From Promethearchaeota archaeon (lineage in GTDB: Archaea > Asgardarchaeota > Heimdallarchaeia > Hodarchaeales > Hodarchaeaceae), in NCBI GenBank assembly GCA_048938105.1, contig JBHLMN010000003.1:96001-160000 (forward strand): DNA of 64,000 nt, in the 5' to 3' direction. The notes below the pieces were generated by a model. That model was not told the DNA's origin and did not search any database. It worked only from the letters and a program-made list of their open reading frames with translations. Positions within the stretch are counted from its first letter, which is position 1. Each line of letters starts with the position of its first letter. Of this stretch, positions 28,962 through 38,774 are shown piece by piece. Made by a program: the position numbers and the translations under genes.

Positions 28962-30437
28962 TTATTGGAAAGAAAATGTAGATTGATCTTCAAGATATGG
29001 TTTTGGATCCAAGTCCCATACGGATAAATCAAACTCCCCCCGAGTGGCTGCCAAATCTCGGAAGACAGTCCCTGCTTGACCATCCTTCCAGAATTCTTCC
29101 CCATATTCATCGATCATTTGATTAGTCCATTCTTTTGCTCGAATGCTTCCAAGCAAATATGAAGGCGCATAAAGATCATAATCAGGCATAATATGGTGTA
29201 GGAGCCAATAATCTCCTGGAATTTCCCAAAAGAATCGTTTTGTTAATTCCTGAAACCGACTTGAAGCCTGTTCAGAGGTATAATCCCGCTTCCAGAACTC
29301 TAGTTTCATAAGAGCGTTAGCAGAGTAAAAAACCAGAAAATAGAGGTTGATAAAATGCCTTCTATCAATGATCTCTTGAATAACCTCCTCAGACAATCCA
29401 AGCTCCTGTTGTAAGAACAGGGGATACTGTAATAACATTTCTATGAATATAGAAAAAGTTTCCGCAACACTCATGGGAATAAAGTATCTTTTCCAATAAG
29501 AAGCATCGGGATCTCCAGAGGTTCCATGGATAGCATGTCCAAACTCATGGAAGATACTACTAAAATCACTGAATGGAGAAACATGTTTATAAACCACTCT
29601 AACATCGTTAGGAATTTTTATCCCAAAACAGAACGCAGATGGGGATTTTTTCTCACGATCTTCACTATCAACTTTTATTTGAGCAAGATCATCTTCAAAT
29701 CCCCAATTTGAAAGAAAACTCCCCACAACCTTCAAAGGATTCTTCTTTTCGAAATATTTGTTCAATGAAGAGTATATTCGCGCTTTGGCAACATAGAAAT
29801 CATCAAAGTACTCGAAAGTCTCTTTATTGAGAATTTCTGGAGCGTAGTGGTCTGCAGCTATTAAAAATGGTTTTCTCGCGCCGTCTCCTAATGAAAATAT
29901 AATGTTATTTAATTTATCATATGAGAGAAACTCTTTTTCTAAATATGCTTCGAGGGGTGAAGAACCATAAAGAGAATAAACTTGTCGGGAGATATTGAAA
30001 CGTTTAATAATAGAGGGGGCAAGATCTAGTATTTTATTAACAAACTCATCAAATACTTTTTGACGATCGTTTGGATTGGAGGAAAGAGCATTGAATTGCC
30101 TCCAAGATCCCCAATTAACTGGCTTTTTATGAAGTTGGTAGGCTTTGGTCGAAATCAATGACATTCGTCTATCATAAATCTCTAAGGATAGAGGTAATTT
30201 ACGGGCTTGCGCTATAGTATGAATAGAATTTAGATAAAAAGCCCTTGGTTCTTCATATGAGTTAAGGAACTCCGAACTTAACCCAACCAACGCTTCAGAG
30301 GCCGACTCCATAAGTTTCTTATCATACGGAAGACCTGCGGTTTGATTATACCTTTGTTCAAATAATTGAACGACATATTTCTCAAATTCAGCTCCAAGAT
30401 CCTCAATACTACGAACAGGGGTACTCAATGTTTTCAC
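28962..30437 (-). CDS. M3-like (gluzincin) metallo-oligopeptidase
   Basis: KSPSAFC, HEFGHAIH, downstream AETFS glutamate, HHIM..YAPSY. Confidence 0.85.
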   Translation of the reverse strand: MKTLSTPVRSIEDLGAEFEKYVVQLFEQRYNQTAGLPYDKKLMESASEALVGLSSEFLNSYEEPRAFYLNSIHTIAQARKLPLSLEIYDRRMSLISTKAYQLHKKPVNWGSWRQFNALSSNPNDRQKVFDEFVNKILDLAPSIIKRFNISRQVYSLYGSSPLEAYLEKEFLSYDKLNNIIFSLGDGARKPFLIAADHYAPEILNKETFEYFDDFYVAKARIYSSLNKYFEKKNPLKVVGSFLSNWGFEDDLAQIKVDSEDREKKSPSAFCFGIKIPNDVRVVYKHVSPFSDFSSIFHEFGHAIHGTSGDPDASYWKRYFIPMSVAETFSIFIEMLLQYPLFLQQELGLSEEVIQEIIDRRHFINLYFLVFYSANALMKLEFWKRDYTSEQASSRFQELTKRFFWEIPGDYWLLHHIMPDYDLYAPSYLLGSIRAKEWTNQMIDEYGEEFWKDGQAGTVFRDLAATRGEFDLSVWDLDPKPYLEDQSTFSFQ

Positions 30438-30566
30438 CTGGAATCAATAAGTTTCTCCCAAGAGTAATGAATGAACATATAATCAACCTCATGAATTTTA
30501 GCTACAGGTTTTAAATTTTTAAGAAAGATTTTTGAGGTCTGAATAAAATTAAGATAGAAAAAAGAG

Positions 30567-31442
30567 ATGATTAATGTGCAAACTTCTATTATGCAATTTA
30601 CAGAAAGAGACCCAATTGAACTTCTAGGAATTGCATTTGTAGCAATAGGTATTATCTTGTTCCTTTCTTTTGGATTTCGCTTGTTATTTTCTTATAAACG
30701 AACGGAAAAAAAGCAAACATTATATCTTGCTTTAGAATTCATCTTCGGAGGACTAGGAATGTTCTTCCTGCTCGTAGAGCAGGTGATTCTAATGTTGTCT
30801 GTTGAAGTTATAGCTACTGCTCCAGATGTAATTACTGATCCGCCTATCCCTCCGATGCAGAGTTTTTTTCAGTATTCAGGTTTTGATGTATTTAGTGCAG
30901 GATGGGTTGGAGCAGCTTTAGCTTGGATTTCTTCTGGAATTGCAATCATAGCAGCAGTTTTTTTTGTAGTCTCATTTTTTCCTACCATGGGTAGGAAATA
31001 TTTAATTCCTCCTATCATTCTTATATTAGTCTATTTAGCTCTGATAATTATCTCGCCTTTTCAGTGGAATTTTTCTGGTTCAGATTGGAGCCCTGAGCAC
31101 GATCCTACGATAAACATTATCCTTTGGATCCTTTTCTTTATTCCTCTCTGGAGTGTCGCATTCCTCTTCCTATATCTAACCTTCAGTTTATTCCGTAGAG
31201 GTTCTCCTAGTTGGCGAAGATTGTGTTGGATATTTGTTAGTCAAACACTCCTATCAATTGCATTCACTATCGAGATTGTTAATCCATCAATGATAACAGA
31301 GTATTTGATTCCAGCTCTTATAGGTAGCGAAGGAGTTATCGCAACTATTTCCCGGTTTTTCCTAATGATCTATCCTATGTTAATGTGGATAGGTGTACTG
31401 ACACCAAGTTGGGCTAAAGGTATGTTAGGGGTAACTACCTAA
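30567..31442 (+). CDS. Stand-alone 7TM membrane protein (HisKA_7TM-like sensor)
   Basis: Seven hydrophobic segments; ends GVLTPSW; no cytoplasmic output domain. Confidence 0.7.
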   Translation: MINVQTSIMQFTERDPIELLGIAFVAIGIILFLSFGFRLLFSYKRTEKKQTLYLALEFIFGGLGMFFLLVEQVILMLSVEVIATAPDVITDPPIPPMQSFFQYSGFDVFSAGWVGAALAWISSGIAIIAAVFFVVSFFPTMGRKYLIPPIILILVYLALIIISPFQWNFSGSDWSPEHDPTINIILWILFFIPLWSVAFLFLYLTFSLFRRGSPSWRRLCWIFVSQTLLSIAFTIEIVNPSMITEYLIPALIGSEGVIATISRFFLMIYPMLMWIGVLTPSWAKGMLGVTT

Positions 31443-31483
31443 TCCTCTCTTTTCATTAAGAGTCTGAGTGGATTATTCTATCC

Positions 31484-32572
31484 TTAGAGATCTCCCATCC
31501 AGTCTAAAAATCTCGCAGATACTCGTTGTAAAAGTAATTCACGTATTAAAGGATTCCGTTGAGCTCCAATCTCTGCAGCTACTTCAACTAATGATGAATC
31601 ATACTTTTTTTGAATTTCATTTATTCTACTTTCTTTTTCAGCTTCTGGATATGAAAAAGCCTCCACTAACATACCAGCAACCTTTAAGAGTTTTTCAGTC
31701 GATTCTTTCACTATAGGAGTTGGATTATCTAGGTTTTTTCGCAGTTCTTTAATTAGATTCCTTGAATACTTGCAAGGTTCACCATTTTTAACCTGCTTTT
31801 TATCCATATCAATTAAAACTTCATTAGGATAATTTTTGACTAGATCTTTCCCTATACCAATGATATCAGCATATGCAGGGTCAATTATCTCTCTTGTAAA
31901 GCTCACTTTCCTCAAGTTCACATGTGGGACGAGCATATCCAAACTGTGAACCATTAAATCAATTATTATATCAGATCCACCAGTAACAAAAACAGACTTA
32001 CTTCTAAATAGTGCTCCTAAAACACGATCTTCATTTTTTCGAACTTGAGAAAGAAAGAACTCTATACTCCCACCTTCTTTTTTTTCGGAATAAATTACTC
32101 TCTTCTCAATGATTTGTATTTCTGCAGTAGCCTCTCTTTCTGTTACCCGCCAATTGGTAAGAGCATTACCTAATTCCTTGGGAAAACTCAAAGCTCCAGT
32201 ATAAACATAGTTCTGTTTGATTCTGTTAGCTAAGTCCTCAGCTTTAAACTTAAGGAATGGAACCTTATTGTAGAGGAAGACTTGCTGATCTAGAGGTAAT
32301 ATATAAGATAAAGAAGCAATACATGTGGGTTCCGAGGCATTTGCCTGACGAATTTGGAATAAAAGAATGAAACCTAGTTTATTCAACCCAGAAAAGGGAA
32401 GGATAGCCTCAGCAGATTCCAAGTCTGTAGTACTCATCATTGTTAAGGTCATTTGCGATCTACGGGCAATATGAGAGGCCTCTTCCTGACTAATTCCTCC
32501 TGAGAAAAATACTGGAACAGAAAGCCCTTTTTGTTTATCAAAAACGCTAAATAAAATACCTCTATCCATCAA
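31484..32572 (-). CDS. DENN-like protein (uDENN/longin + cDENN + helical dDENN)
   Basis: ILFSVFDKQKG NPRL2/folliculin-type longin start; VLGALFRSKSVFVTG..MVHSLDMLVP..ADIIGI..VLIDMDKKQV cDENN-like core. Confidence 0.65.
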   Translation of the reverse strand: MMDRGILFSVFDKQKGLSVPVFFSGGISQEEASHIARRSQMTLTMMSTTDLESAEAILPFSGLNKLGFILLFQIRQANASEPTCIASLSYILPLDQQVFLYNKVPFLKFKAEDLANRIKQNYVYTGALSFPKELGNALTNWRVTEREATAEIQIIEKRVIYSEKKEGGSIEFFLSQVRKNEDRVLGALFRSKSVFVTGGSDIIIDLMVHSLDMLVPHVNLRKVSFTREIIDPAYADIIGIGKDLVKNYPNEVLIDMDKKQVKNGEPCKYSRNLIKELRKNLDNPTPIVKESTEKLLKVAGMLVEAFSYPEAEKESRINEIQKKYDSSLVEVAAEIGAQRNPLIRELLLQRVSARFLDWMGDL

Positions 32573-32804
32573 GGTTAATTTTCCTCTCAGAATTGAAATC
32601 TATTCGAATTTTGAATATTTCCTTAAAATACTAGCTTTAATTCTAAACCAGAGTTCAGTTGATTTAAATCTTGCATCTTTTGAAAGTAAAGCAAAAAAGG
32701 AGTTTTTAAGAGTATTTGATTAGAAAATCGAGGATAAATAACCTAAAACTCTAGATTACATTCTTTTATTGGAACAAATCCTTTTCAAGAGAATTTACAT
32801 AGAA

Positions 32805-33263
32805 TCAAATTAAACTCCAGAAATCAATGATTTGTTGGGCATGTTCAGCAGTTCTTACTTTATCAAGACCTTCGTTTCCTCCAAAAATACCTTCGATTTT
32901 TCCATTTTCATCAATCAAAAAGGTAATTCTGGAAACACGGTTTCCACGTTTATAAGTACCAAATTTTTTAGCTAATTCAAGGTTTTCATCCATAAGGAGG
33001 GGAAAAGGGAGATTGTACCTGTCTATAAATTTCTGATGTGATTTGGAGGTACCACCTGAAGACCCAAACACTTTTATTCCTTTATTTAGAAATACCTGAT
33101 AATTATCTCGGATGGAACACGCTTCTTTGGTGCAACCTGGAGTATTATCTTTAGGATAGAAGTATAGTACGTATTTATGCCCTTTTAAGGATTCAGAACT
33201 AATTATAACACCAGACTCCGTTTTTACTTTGAAACTAGGGGTATCATCACCAATTTTCAGCAT
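32805..33263 (-). CDS. bcp: Peroxiredoxin BCP
   Basis: VLYFYPKDNTPGCTKEACSIRD, RITFLID. Confidence 0.93.
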   Translation of the reverse strand: MLKIGDDTPSFKVKTESGVIISSESLKGHKYVLYFYPKDNTPGCTKEACSIRDNYQVFLNKGIKVFGSSGGTSKSHQKFIDRYNLPFPLLMDENLELAKKFGTYKRGNRVSRITFLIDENGKIEGIFGGNEGLDKVRTAEHAQQIIDFWSLI

Positions 33264-33416
33264 TTTTTATACACCTAAGTATTTTTATTAAAACCAAATT
33301 AAAAAACTCTTGATATTTTTTCTTTATTCACAGTTAAAACAGAGTAAATTCTTAAGATTAGCGCTTTGATATTCAAAAAATCCAAAAATCGTTGAATTAA
33401 CTACAATTATAAAGAT

Positions 33417-35012
33417 GTGATACTTAGAATGAAAAAAAGAAAATACAGTACACCACTCGCAGAAGCAATACACATAGCTTATACGAGAGGTGAGGGTGAT
33501 GAAGATTTAGAGTCACTTGTACTTGTTGACAATGATAACAATCCGATTGGTCGTTTTATGCCTAATGATGCTTTAATTTTTGCGAATATTAGAGGTGAAC
33601 GAGAGGTTGAATTGACTCAAGCGCTTACATCCAAAAAATTTAGTCATTTTCAAACGGTGCCTCTCGATCTCTGTGTTACGACAATGATTCAATACCATCC
33701 TGATCTCCCTGTAAATATTGCATTTCCTCCTACAGCTAATCTTAACAATACATTGACAGAATTCCTCAGTGAACATGGGATGCGAGTATTAAAATGTGTT
33801 GAAAGTGAAAAGGCTATTCATTTAACTTATTTCTTTAATGGAAAACAACATACTCAATTCAACAACGAGGATCGCCTAATTATTCCTTCCCATGAAACAG
33901 AAAATTTAGCAACTTTTCCAGAAATGAAATCTCACGAAGTAGCCAGCGAGACTATCAAAGCAATGAAAAAAGGGAGATATAACTTAATTGTTACGAATCT
34001 ATCTCCATGTGATGTCATGGGACATATTGAGAATAAATCTGTAGTTGGTAAGGCAATACGTACGGTTGATGAGGAACTAGGGAATATAGTAGGTTCAGCG
34101 ATTATTTCTGGGTACACGGTTTTTGTAACGGCGGATCATGGAGTTGCAGAATCATGGCTTTATCCTGATGGAGCTATTGATACTGGGCATACTTCTAATC
34201 CAGTACCTTTTTTATTAATTTCTGAAAAGATTAATGAGCTGAAATTAAGAAGTGATGGTTCTCTGGTTGACATTGCTCCAACTATTTTAGAAATCATGGG
34301 ATTAGAAAAACCACTGGAAATGGAAGGAAAAACTCTCCTGAAAGACACGATGCAATATAAGAGCCAAAGAGTTCTTCTTTTAATCTTAGATGGATGGGGA
34401 TATAATCCGAATTCATATGGAAATTTATTCCTAGAATTTGGTACCCCAAATATGGACAATTTAAAAATTAAATACCCTTTTACAACTCTTATAGCCTCTG
34501 GGCCTCGTTTAGGTATGCCAGAAGGAACTGTTGGTAATAGTGAAATTGGTCACCTTCATATGGGGGTAGGGAGACGAGTAATTAGCGATCGTGTTAAGAT
34601 ATTTGAAGCCATTGATACAGGAGAATTTTTTCAGAATTCTGCTTTTCTAAAGGCTATAAACTATGCGAAGAATAATGAAACTTCATTGCATCTGCTAGGG
34701 ATTATTAGCTTCTATAGTTCCCATGGCTCAATTAAATATCTTGAGGCACTCATGGAGCTTGCCAAAAGAAAGAAAGTTGAAAAAGTTTATTTACATGGAA
34801 TGCTTGGCCGACGAGGTGAAAAACCTGAATCAGGAGCCCATTACGTAAATCAACTCGAACTTAAAGCCAAACAAATGGAAAATACGAAAGTAGTTTCCAT
34901 CATTGGTCGTCATTGGGCACTTGATAGAGAAGAGAATTGGGATAGAATTGTAAAAACATATGAAATGTTAGTAAAGGGTAAGGGAAGACAGATAGAAGAT
35001 ATAAATTCTTGA
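33417..35012 (+). CDS. gpmI: 2,3-bisphosphoglycerate-independent phosphoglycerate mutase, circularly permuted
   Basis: All iPGM motifs present (ILDGWG, GNSEIGH, DVMGH, TADHG, GHTSNPVP, DIAPT, GRHWALDR) but in permuted order. Confidence 0.88.
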   Translation: MILRMKKRKYSTPLAEAIHIAYTRGEGDEDLESLVLVDNDNNPIGRFMPNDALIFANIRGEREVELTQALTSKKFSHFQTVPLDLCVTTMIQYHPDLPVNIAFPPTANLNNTLTEFLSEHGMRVLKCVESEKAIHLTYFFNGKQHTQFNNEDRLIIPSHETENLATFPEMKSHEVASETIKAMKKGRYNLIVTNLSPCDVMGHIENKSVVGKAIRTVDEELGNIVGSAIISGYTVFVTADHGVAESWLYPDGAIDTGHTSNPVPFLLISEKINELKLRSDGSLVDIAPTILEIMGLEKPLEMEGKTLLKDTMQYKSQRVLLLILDGWGYNPNSYGNLFLEFGTPNMDNLKIKYPFTTLIASGPRLGMPEGTVGNSEIGHLHMGVGRRVISDRVKIFEAIDTGEFFQNSAFLKAINYAKNNETSLHLLGIISFYSSHGSIKYLEALMELAKRKKVEKVYLHGMLGRRGEKPESGAHYVNQLELKAKQMENTKVVSIIGRHWALDREENWDRIVKTYEMLVKGKGRQIEDINS

Positions 35013-35023
35013 TAAACATTCTA

Positions 35024-35455
35024 TCACGAATTATGATTCGATACTGTTTTGATGAAATTGGTAATTTGAAATAAAAGCTTTGGAATACTATTATATGAGT
35101 GAAGTGTGAGATTTGGAGAGGTGTTTCCCAAAATCATTGCTGATATAACTCTGTTTCCTTCATAAACTGCTAATACGGGTTTATTGAGATTTAAGGCTGT
35201 TGCTATTTCATAACCAACTCCTAAGCTGGGAATTGATACTTCAGCTATCATAATATCACATATTTGCAGCCAATTTATATCTTGGGTGAAAATCTCTGCA
35301 TTAGACATTGAATTTTCAATTTCAATCACATTGGGTGAAGCAACATGATGAGTTAAAACTTCGTGGCCATTGCTTTGGAGATGGTCATAAATTAGTGCAT
35401 AATTAGCCTGCAGCTCACGGCCTCCACGAATCGACGCGGATAGATAGATCTTCAA
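35024..35455 (-). CDS. Nucleoside 2-deoxyribosyltransferase / DNPH1-like dNMP N-glycosidase
   Basis: KIYLSASIRGGRE, DINWL..CD..IAEV..PSLGVGYE, SAMILG. Confidence 0.88.
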   Translation of the reverse strand: MKIYLSASIRGGRELQANYALIYDHLQSNGHEVLTHHVASPNVIEIENSMSNAEIFTQDINWLQICDIMIAEVSIPSLGVGYEIATALNLNKPVLAVYEGNRVISAMILGNTSPNLTLHSYNSIPKLLFQITNFIKTVSNHNS

Positions 35456-36234
35456 TTAATCATCTCCTCTTTCTTTTTCGCATTAAGTAAAAGCTGACAT
35501 AATTCTCGTACTTTCGTATCAGCCGTCTCTTGAGCTAATAAATTGAGTATTTTCATTAATTGCGCTTTTTCAACTAATACTATTTGATTTTTCTTACAAA
35601 AATCTTTTATCTGACGATCTAGAATAGGATTGGAATGTAAAAGAGCTGCAAGAATTTGGAAAACTGTATTATCTTTGCGGCCTTTTCTTAGAGCTTTAAG
35701 AGCCTTATTAGGAGATTTATGGAAGTTTCCAGAACGATAGACTGAAATAATTACAGGATACCAATCTTTGGCTCGTGTTTTCAGCCAATCCTGAATTTCC
35801 TTAATATCATTAATTCTTTCTTCCCAGTGCTTTTTAAATTGCTCATCAGGAAATCCTAACTCAGGCCACGCTTGAATCTTGGCCAATAATTCTACATATT
35901 CCTGGTAACGCGAAATTTGAGCCTCTCTCTCTCGGATACTAAATTCTAACGTCCCTAGAATAAACCCAGGAGAAAATTCTTTCAAGCTAGATTCAAGGCT
36001 TTCTGTAAATATAATTGCTTTACCTTGGTTTAGAATTTCACGATTTTTCTCTAATACTTGTTTAGATTTCATAGGAATTTCTTTTGGGTGGTGATCAAGA
36101 TAATCTAACGCCCAAAAAAGGAACATAGCTTCAAGTTGAAACTTTGTAGAGCGTATAAAATTCGCTAGATCTTCTGGCTTTTCGTTAAGAAGAAGCGCTT
36201 TTACCTGTTCAAAATCAATTTTGGGATCAACCAA
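35452..36234 (-). CDS. Hypothetical all-helical protein
   Basis: 260-aa ORF whose stop overlaps the next start; GAAGGA upstream. Confidence 0.7.
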   Translation of the reverse strand: MVDPKIDFEQVKALLLNEKPEDLANFIRSTKFQLEAMFLFWALDYLDHHPKEIPMKSKQVLEKNREILNQGKAIIFTESLESSLKEFSPGFILGTLEFSIREREAQISRYQEYVELLAKIQAWPELGFPDEQFKKHWEERINDIKEIQDWLKTRAKDWYPVIISVYRSGNFHKSPNKALKALRKGRKDNTVFQILAALLHSNPILDRQIKDFCKKNQIVLVEKAQLMKILNLLAQETADTKVRELCQLLLNAKKKEEMIN

Positions 36235-36302
36235 GTTCCTTCAAACCAAAATAACCAGAGAGAAGTAATCCTGAATAAAAAAAGAGAAAAAATGGTTGTA
36301 TC

Positions 36303-38507
36303 TCAACCAAGTAACATTCGGTAGACATCTTTAGGATCATGTTCACCAGGAGCTCGGATTTTGAAGCGAATCTCAACCTTCTGTCCAGGTTGAACCTCAT
36401 TATAAATCCATTTCATTGCCTTACCATCTTTCACAGAAGAATGCTCCTCAAATCCAACGGGTGGATCTTCCTTTGTATCAGACACTAATTCGAAACCCTT
36501 GGGCAAGAAATCACTTACTTCTACATTTTTGATAACAGCAGTACCCTCATTTTCACCTCGAATGACAATTTCATACTCATTCAGGGCCTCACTGGAAGTT
36601 GAACGCACCATCTTACCAATTTTTAATTTACGGCGTTCATGTATAACGGTGATTGGACCTGCTTCTGCTTCAGCTGTAACAGGTTTAACTGGGGGAAAAA
36701 TATTTGCCAATACTGTGATATTTCCCAGAAATTCATCATCTGGTGTAGCAGTAGCGAAAAACGGATAAGTAATCAGGAGTTCTTCATCTTGTTTCAGTGT
36801 TCCAATATCCGAATATTCGAGACGTTCTATTGTTATAATCAAATTACCATCCGTCACTTCCAAATTATAATCATCGTCTGAAACCTGTTTAGCACCTTTT
36901 ATAATCGAAATAACCTCTTTAGTTGGAGGTTCAAAGCCTTCTGGAATCTGATCTTGGAGTTGTAGATATTCAACATCTGTACTTCCAGTAGATCGAATAA
37001 CATTTTCAGTTTTAACCTCTGTACGCCTATAAGAAGGTATTACAAGAGGTGAGAAAGACTTTGAGACTTCAATATCCATAAATCGTAGTGCATAACCAGG
37101 GAGAGTACATTCAGCTACTATCTCAGCATCATATAGATATTTTACTGATAAATCCAGTTCACGACCAAATTGAGGAATAACTCCATCTTCTTCGACAGTG
37201 ATTGTCCATGGATCAAGACTGAATGTCTCACCAGGGTCAATAGACCGTTCCTCCTCAGGAAAATCACTGCCTAACCATTCTAGTCGAATATTTCCGTCTT
37301 CAAGAGGACCTTCATAAATCCTAACTTCCTTCAAATCCATCTCAAACTCGGAAGTGTTTTCTAATTCAAATTTACAGTCAAAATCACCAGGGTTCTCTTC
37401 CTGCTCATCGCGGGAGATAAATTGGAATACTGATGAAGAACCTGTAATTGTCTCTAGATTGATACCAGAAAGGCTTTTTTCAAAACATCTGTATGTAACA
37501 ACCGTATCTCCAACCTTATATGGTTCTGCTGTGTCTTCTGGTAGTGTAACTCGCATTTCGCAACTAGCCTTCGTTGTAGAATTTGCTGGAATTTCATCAA
37601 CTTTCCATTGAATGAATTCTCCTTCTTTATTGAATTCCCCATTTTCAGTTTGAAAATTTTCTACAATGGTAGAAGGATCAGAAATATGTTTTCTTAGAAC
37701 TACTTCTGTTAAAGACCAATCAAATTCATTAGTCAGTTCGATTGTGAAATGTATTCCTGTTTCAGTACCTCGAGCGAAGGTAGGAGGGGATTCTGGCTTG
37801 TCTAGATCCCAAAACTCTTCTTTAATTTTTACTCGTGGTGCTTCTACTTGGAAATCAAACTTTACACCTTTTGTTTCCTGCGCTGAGAGCTCTTTGATTC
37901 CAAATGAGTTACCAAAGACCACGATTTCTTGATCTTCACTACGATCGAAGGTTACTTCGTCTACACCTTCTAGGAAGGCATCTATCGCCCAAATTCGATC
38001 ATTTTTACCCATATTTGTGACACCGATTTCCCCCTTTCCTTGTAAAGATTCAATGGGTTCATCATTATCACCTATTAGATTGTTATCCTTATCAATTCGA
38101 TAGGTTAATGTTTCCCGCAATTTAACATTAAGCCCAGCTTGTTTTGCTTCATGTTCTTCTAAGGCACGAAAATCCTCCCTAGCTCTTGCTGCATCTTCTT
38201 CCGAAAAATCAGTTTCAGGAAGAGGAGTTCCTGATTCTCGAATGGCTTTGGCAGCATCACTTGCCTTATTTCTAGTACCTCGATCCTTGTCGTTTTTCCC
38301 GACCCTTTCAAGAACTTCAACAGCCTCTGGGTCGTTTAACTTAACAAGAGAATCAATGGCTTCTTTTCGTACATCTTTTTCATCATCTTGTTCGATAACC
38401 TTAAGCAGTGCTCGAAGAGCAGCTTTTGTACGAGTATTTCCCAGTGCTTCTGCTGATTCTTTTCGCTTATTTTTATCACTACTTTCCAAATTTTTCATTA
38501 CGGACAT
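36303..38507 (-). CDS. HEAT-repeat + mu-homology-like + Ig/DUF11-like beta-sandwich protein (coat/adaptor-like)
   Basis: N-terminal HEAT repeats (VRKEAIDSLVKL); then LNVKLRETLTYRID..QGKGEI..LTEVVL..GEF..IQWKV..VTYRCFEKSLSG; then VSK.F/D.LPKGF Ig units; no signal peptide. Confidence 0.65.
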   Translation of the reverse strand: MSVMKNLESSDKNKRKESAEALGNTRTKAALRALLKVIEQDDEKDVRKEAIDSLVKLNDPEAVEVLERVGKNDKDRGTRNKASDAAKAIRESGTPLPETDFSEEDAARAREDFRALEEHEAKQAGLNVKLRETLTYRIDKDNNLIGDNDEPIESLQGKGEIGVTNMGKNDRIWAIDAFLEGVDEVTFDRSEDQEIVVFGNSFGIKELSAQETKGVKFDFQVEAPRVKIKEEFWDLDKPESPPTFARGTETGIHFTIELTNEFDWSLTEVVLRKHISDPSTIVENFQTENGEFNKEGEFIQWKVDEIPANSTTKASCEMRVTLPEDTAEPYKVGDTVVTYRCFEKSLSGINLETITGSSSVFQFISRDEQEENPGDFDCKFELENTSEFEMDLKEVRIYEGPLEDGNIRLEWLGSDFPEEERSIDPGETFSLDPWTITVEEDGVIPQFGRELDLSVKYLYDAEIVAECTLPGYALRFMDIEVSKSFSPLVIPSYRRTEVKTENVIRSTGSTDVEYLQLQDQIPEGFEPPTKEVISIIKGAKQVSDDDYNLEVTDGNLIITIERLEYSDIGTLKQDEELLITYPFFATATPDDEFLGNITVLANIFPPVKPVTAEAEAGPITVIHERRKLKIGKMVRSTSSEALNEYEIVIRGENEGTAVIKNVEVSDFLPKGFELVSDTKEDPPVGFEEHSSVKDGKAMKWIYNEVQPGQKVEIRFKIRAPGEHDPKDVYRMLLG

Positions 38508-38774
38508 ATTAATCCCTTCAACACTTATGTATGCGTATTAATTCCGTTTAAATCACAAATTTAATAGATTGGATCAATTATTCTTATGTTATAAATACTT
38601 AATAACCGCCATCAGCTACTAACAATCATTGAACCATAAATCCTTGATATTAGGTAACGAAGAATTTCATTATTAAAACCATTTTATCATAAAAAATATT
38701 AGCATTTATTTCCAAATTTAAAACGACAAAAAAACCTAAGTACTAATACTCGAATTTTATAAATTCGTTTTGTA

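Noticed and set aside
30567-31442. Microbial rhodopsin or true GPCR
   Set aside because: No retinal-binding Lys motif in helix 7 and no DRY/NPxxY motifs
6429-38507. Treating all trafficking-like genes as one operon
   Set aside because: They are dispersed among unrelated metabolic genes on both strands; functional linkage cannot be inferred from position alone
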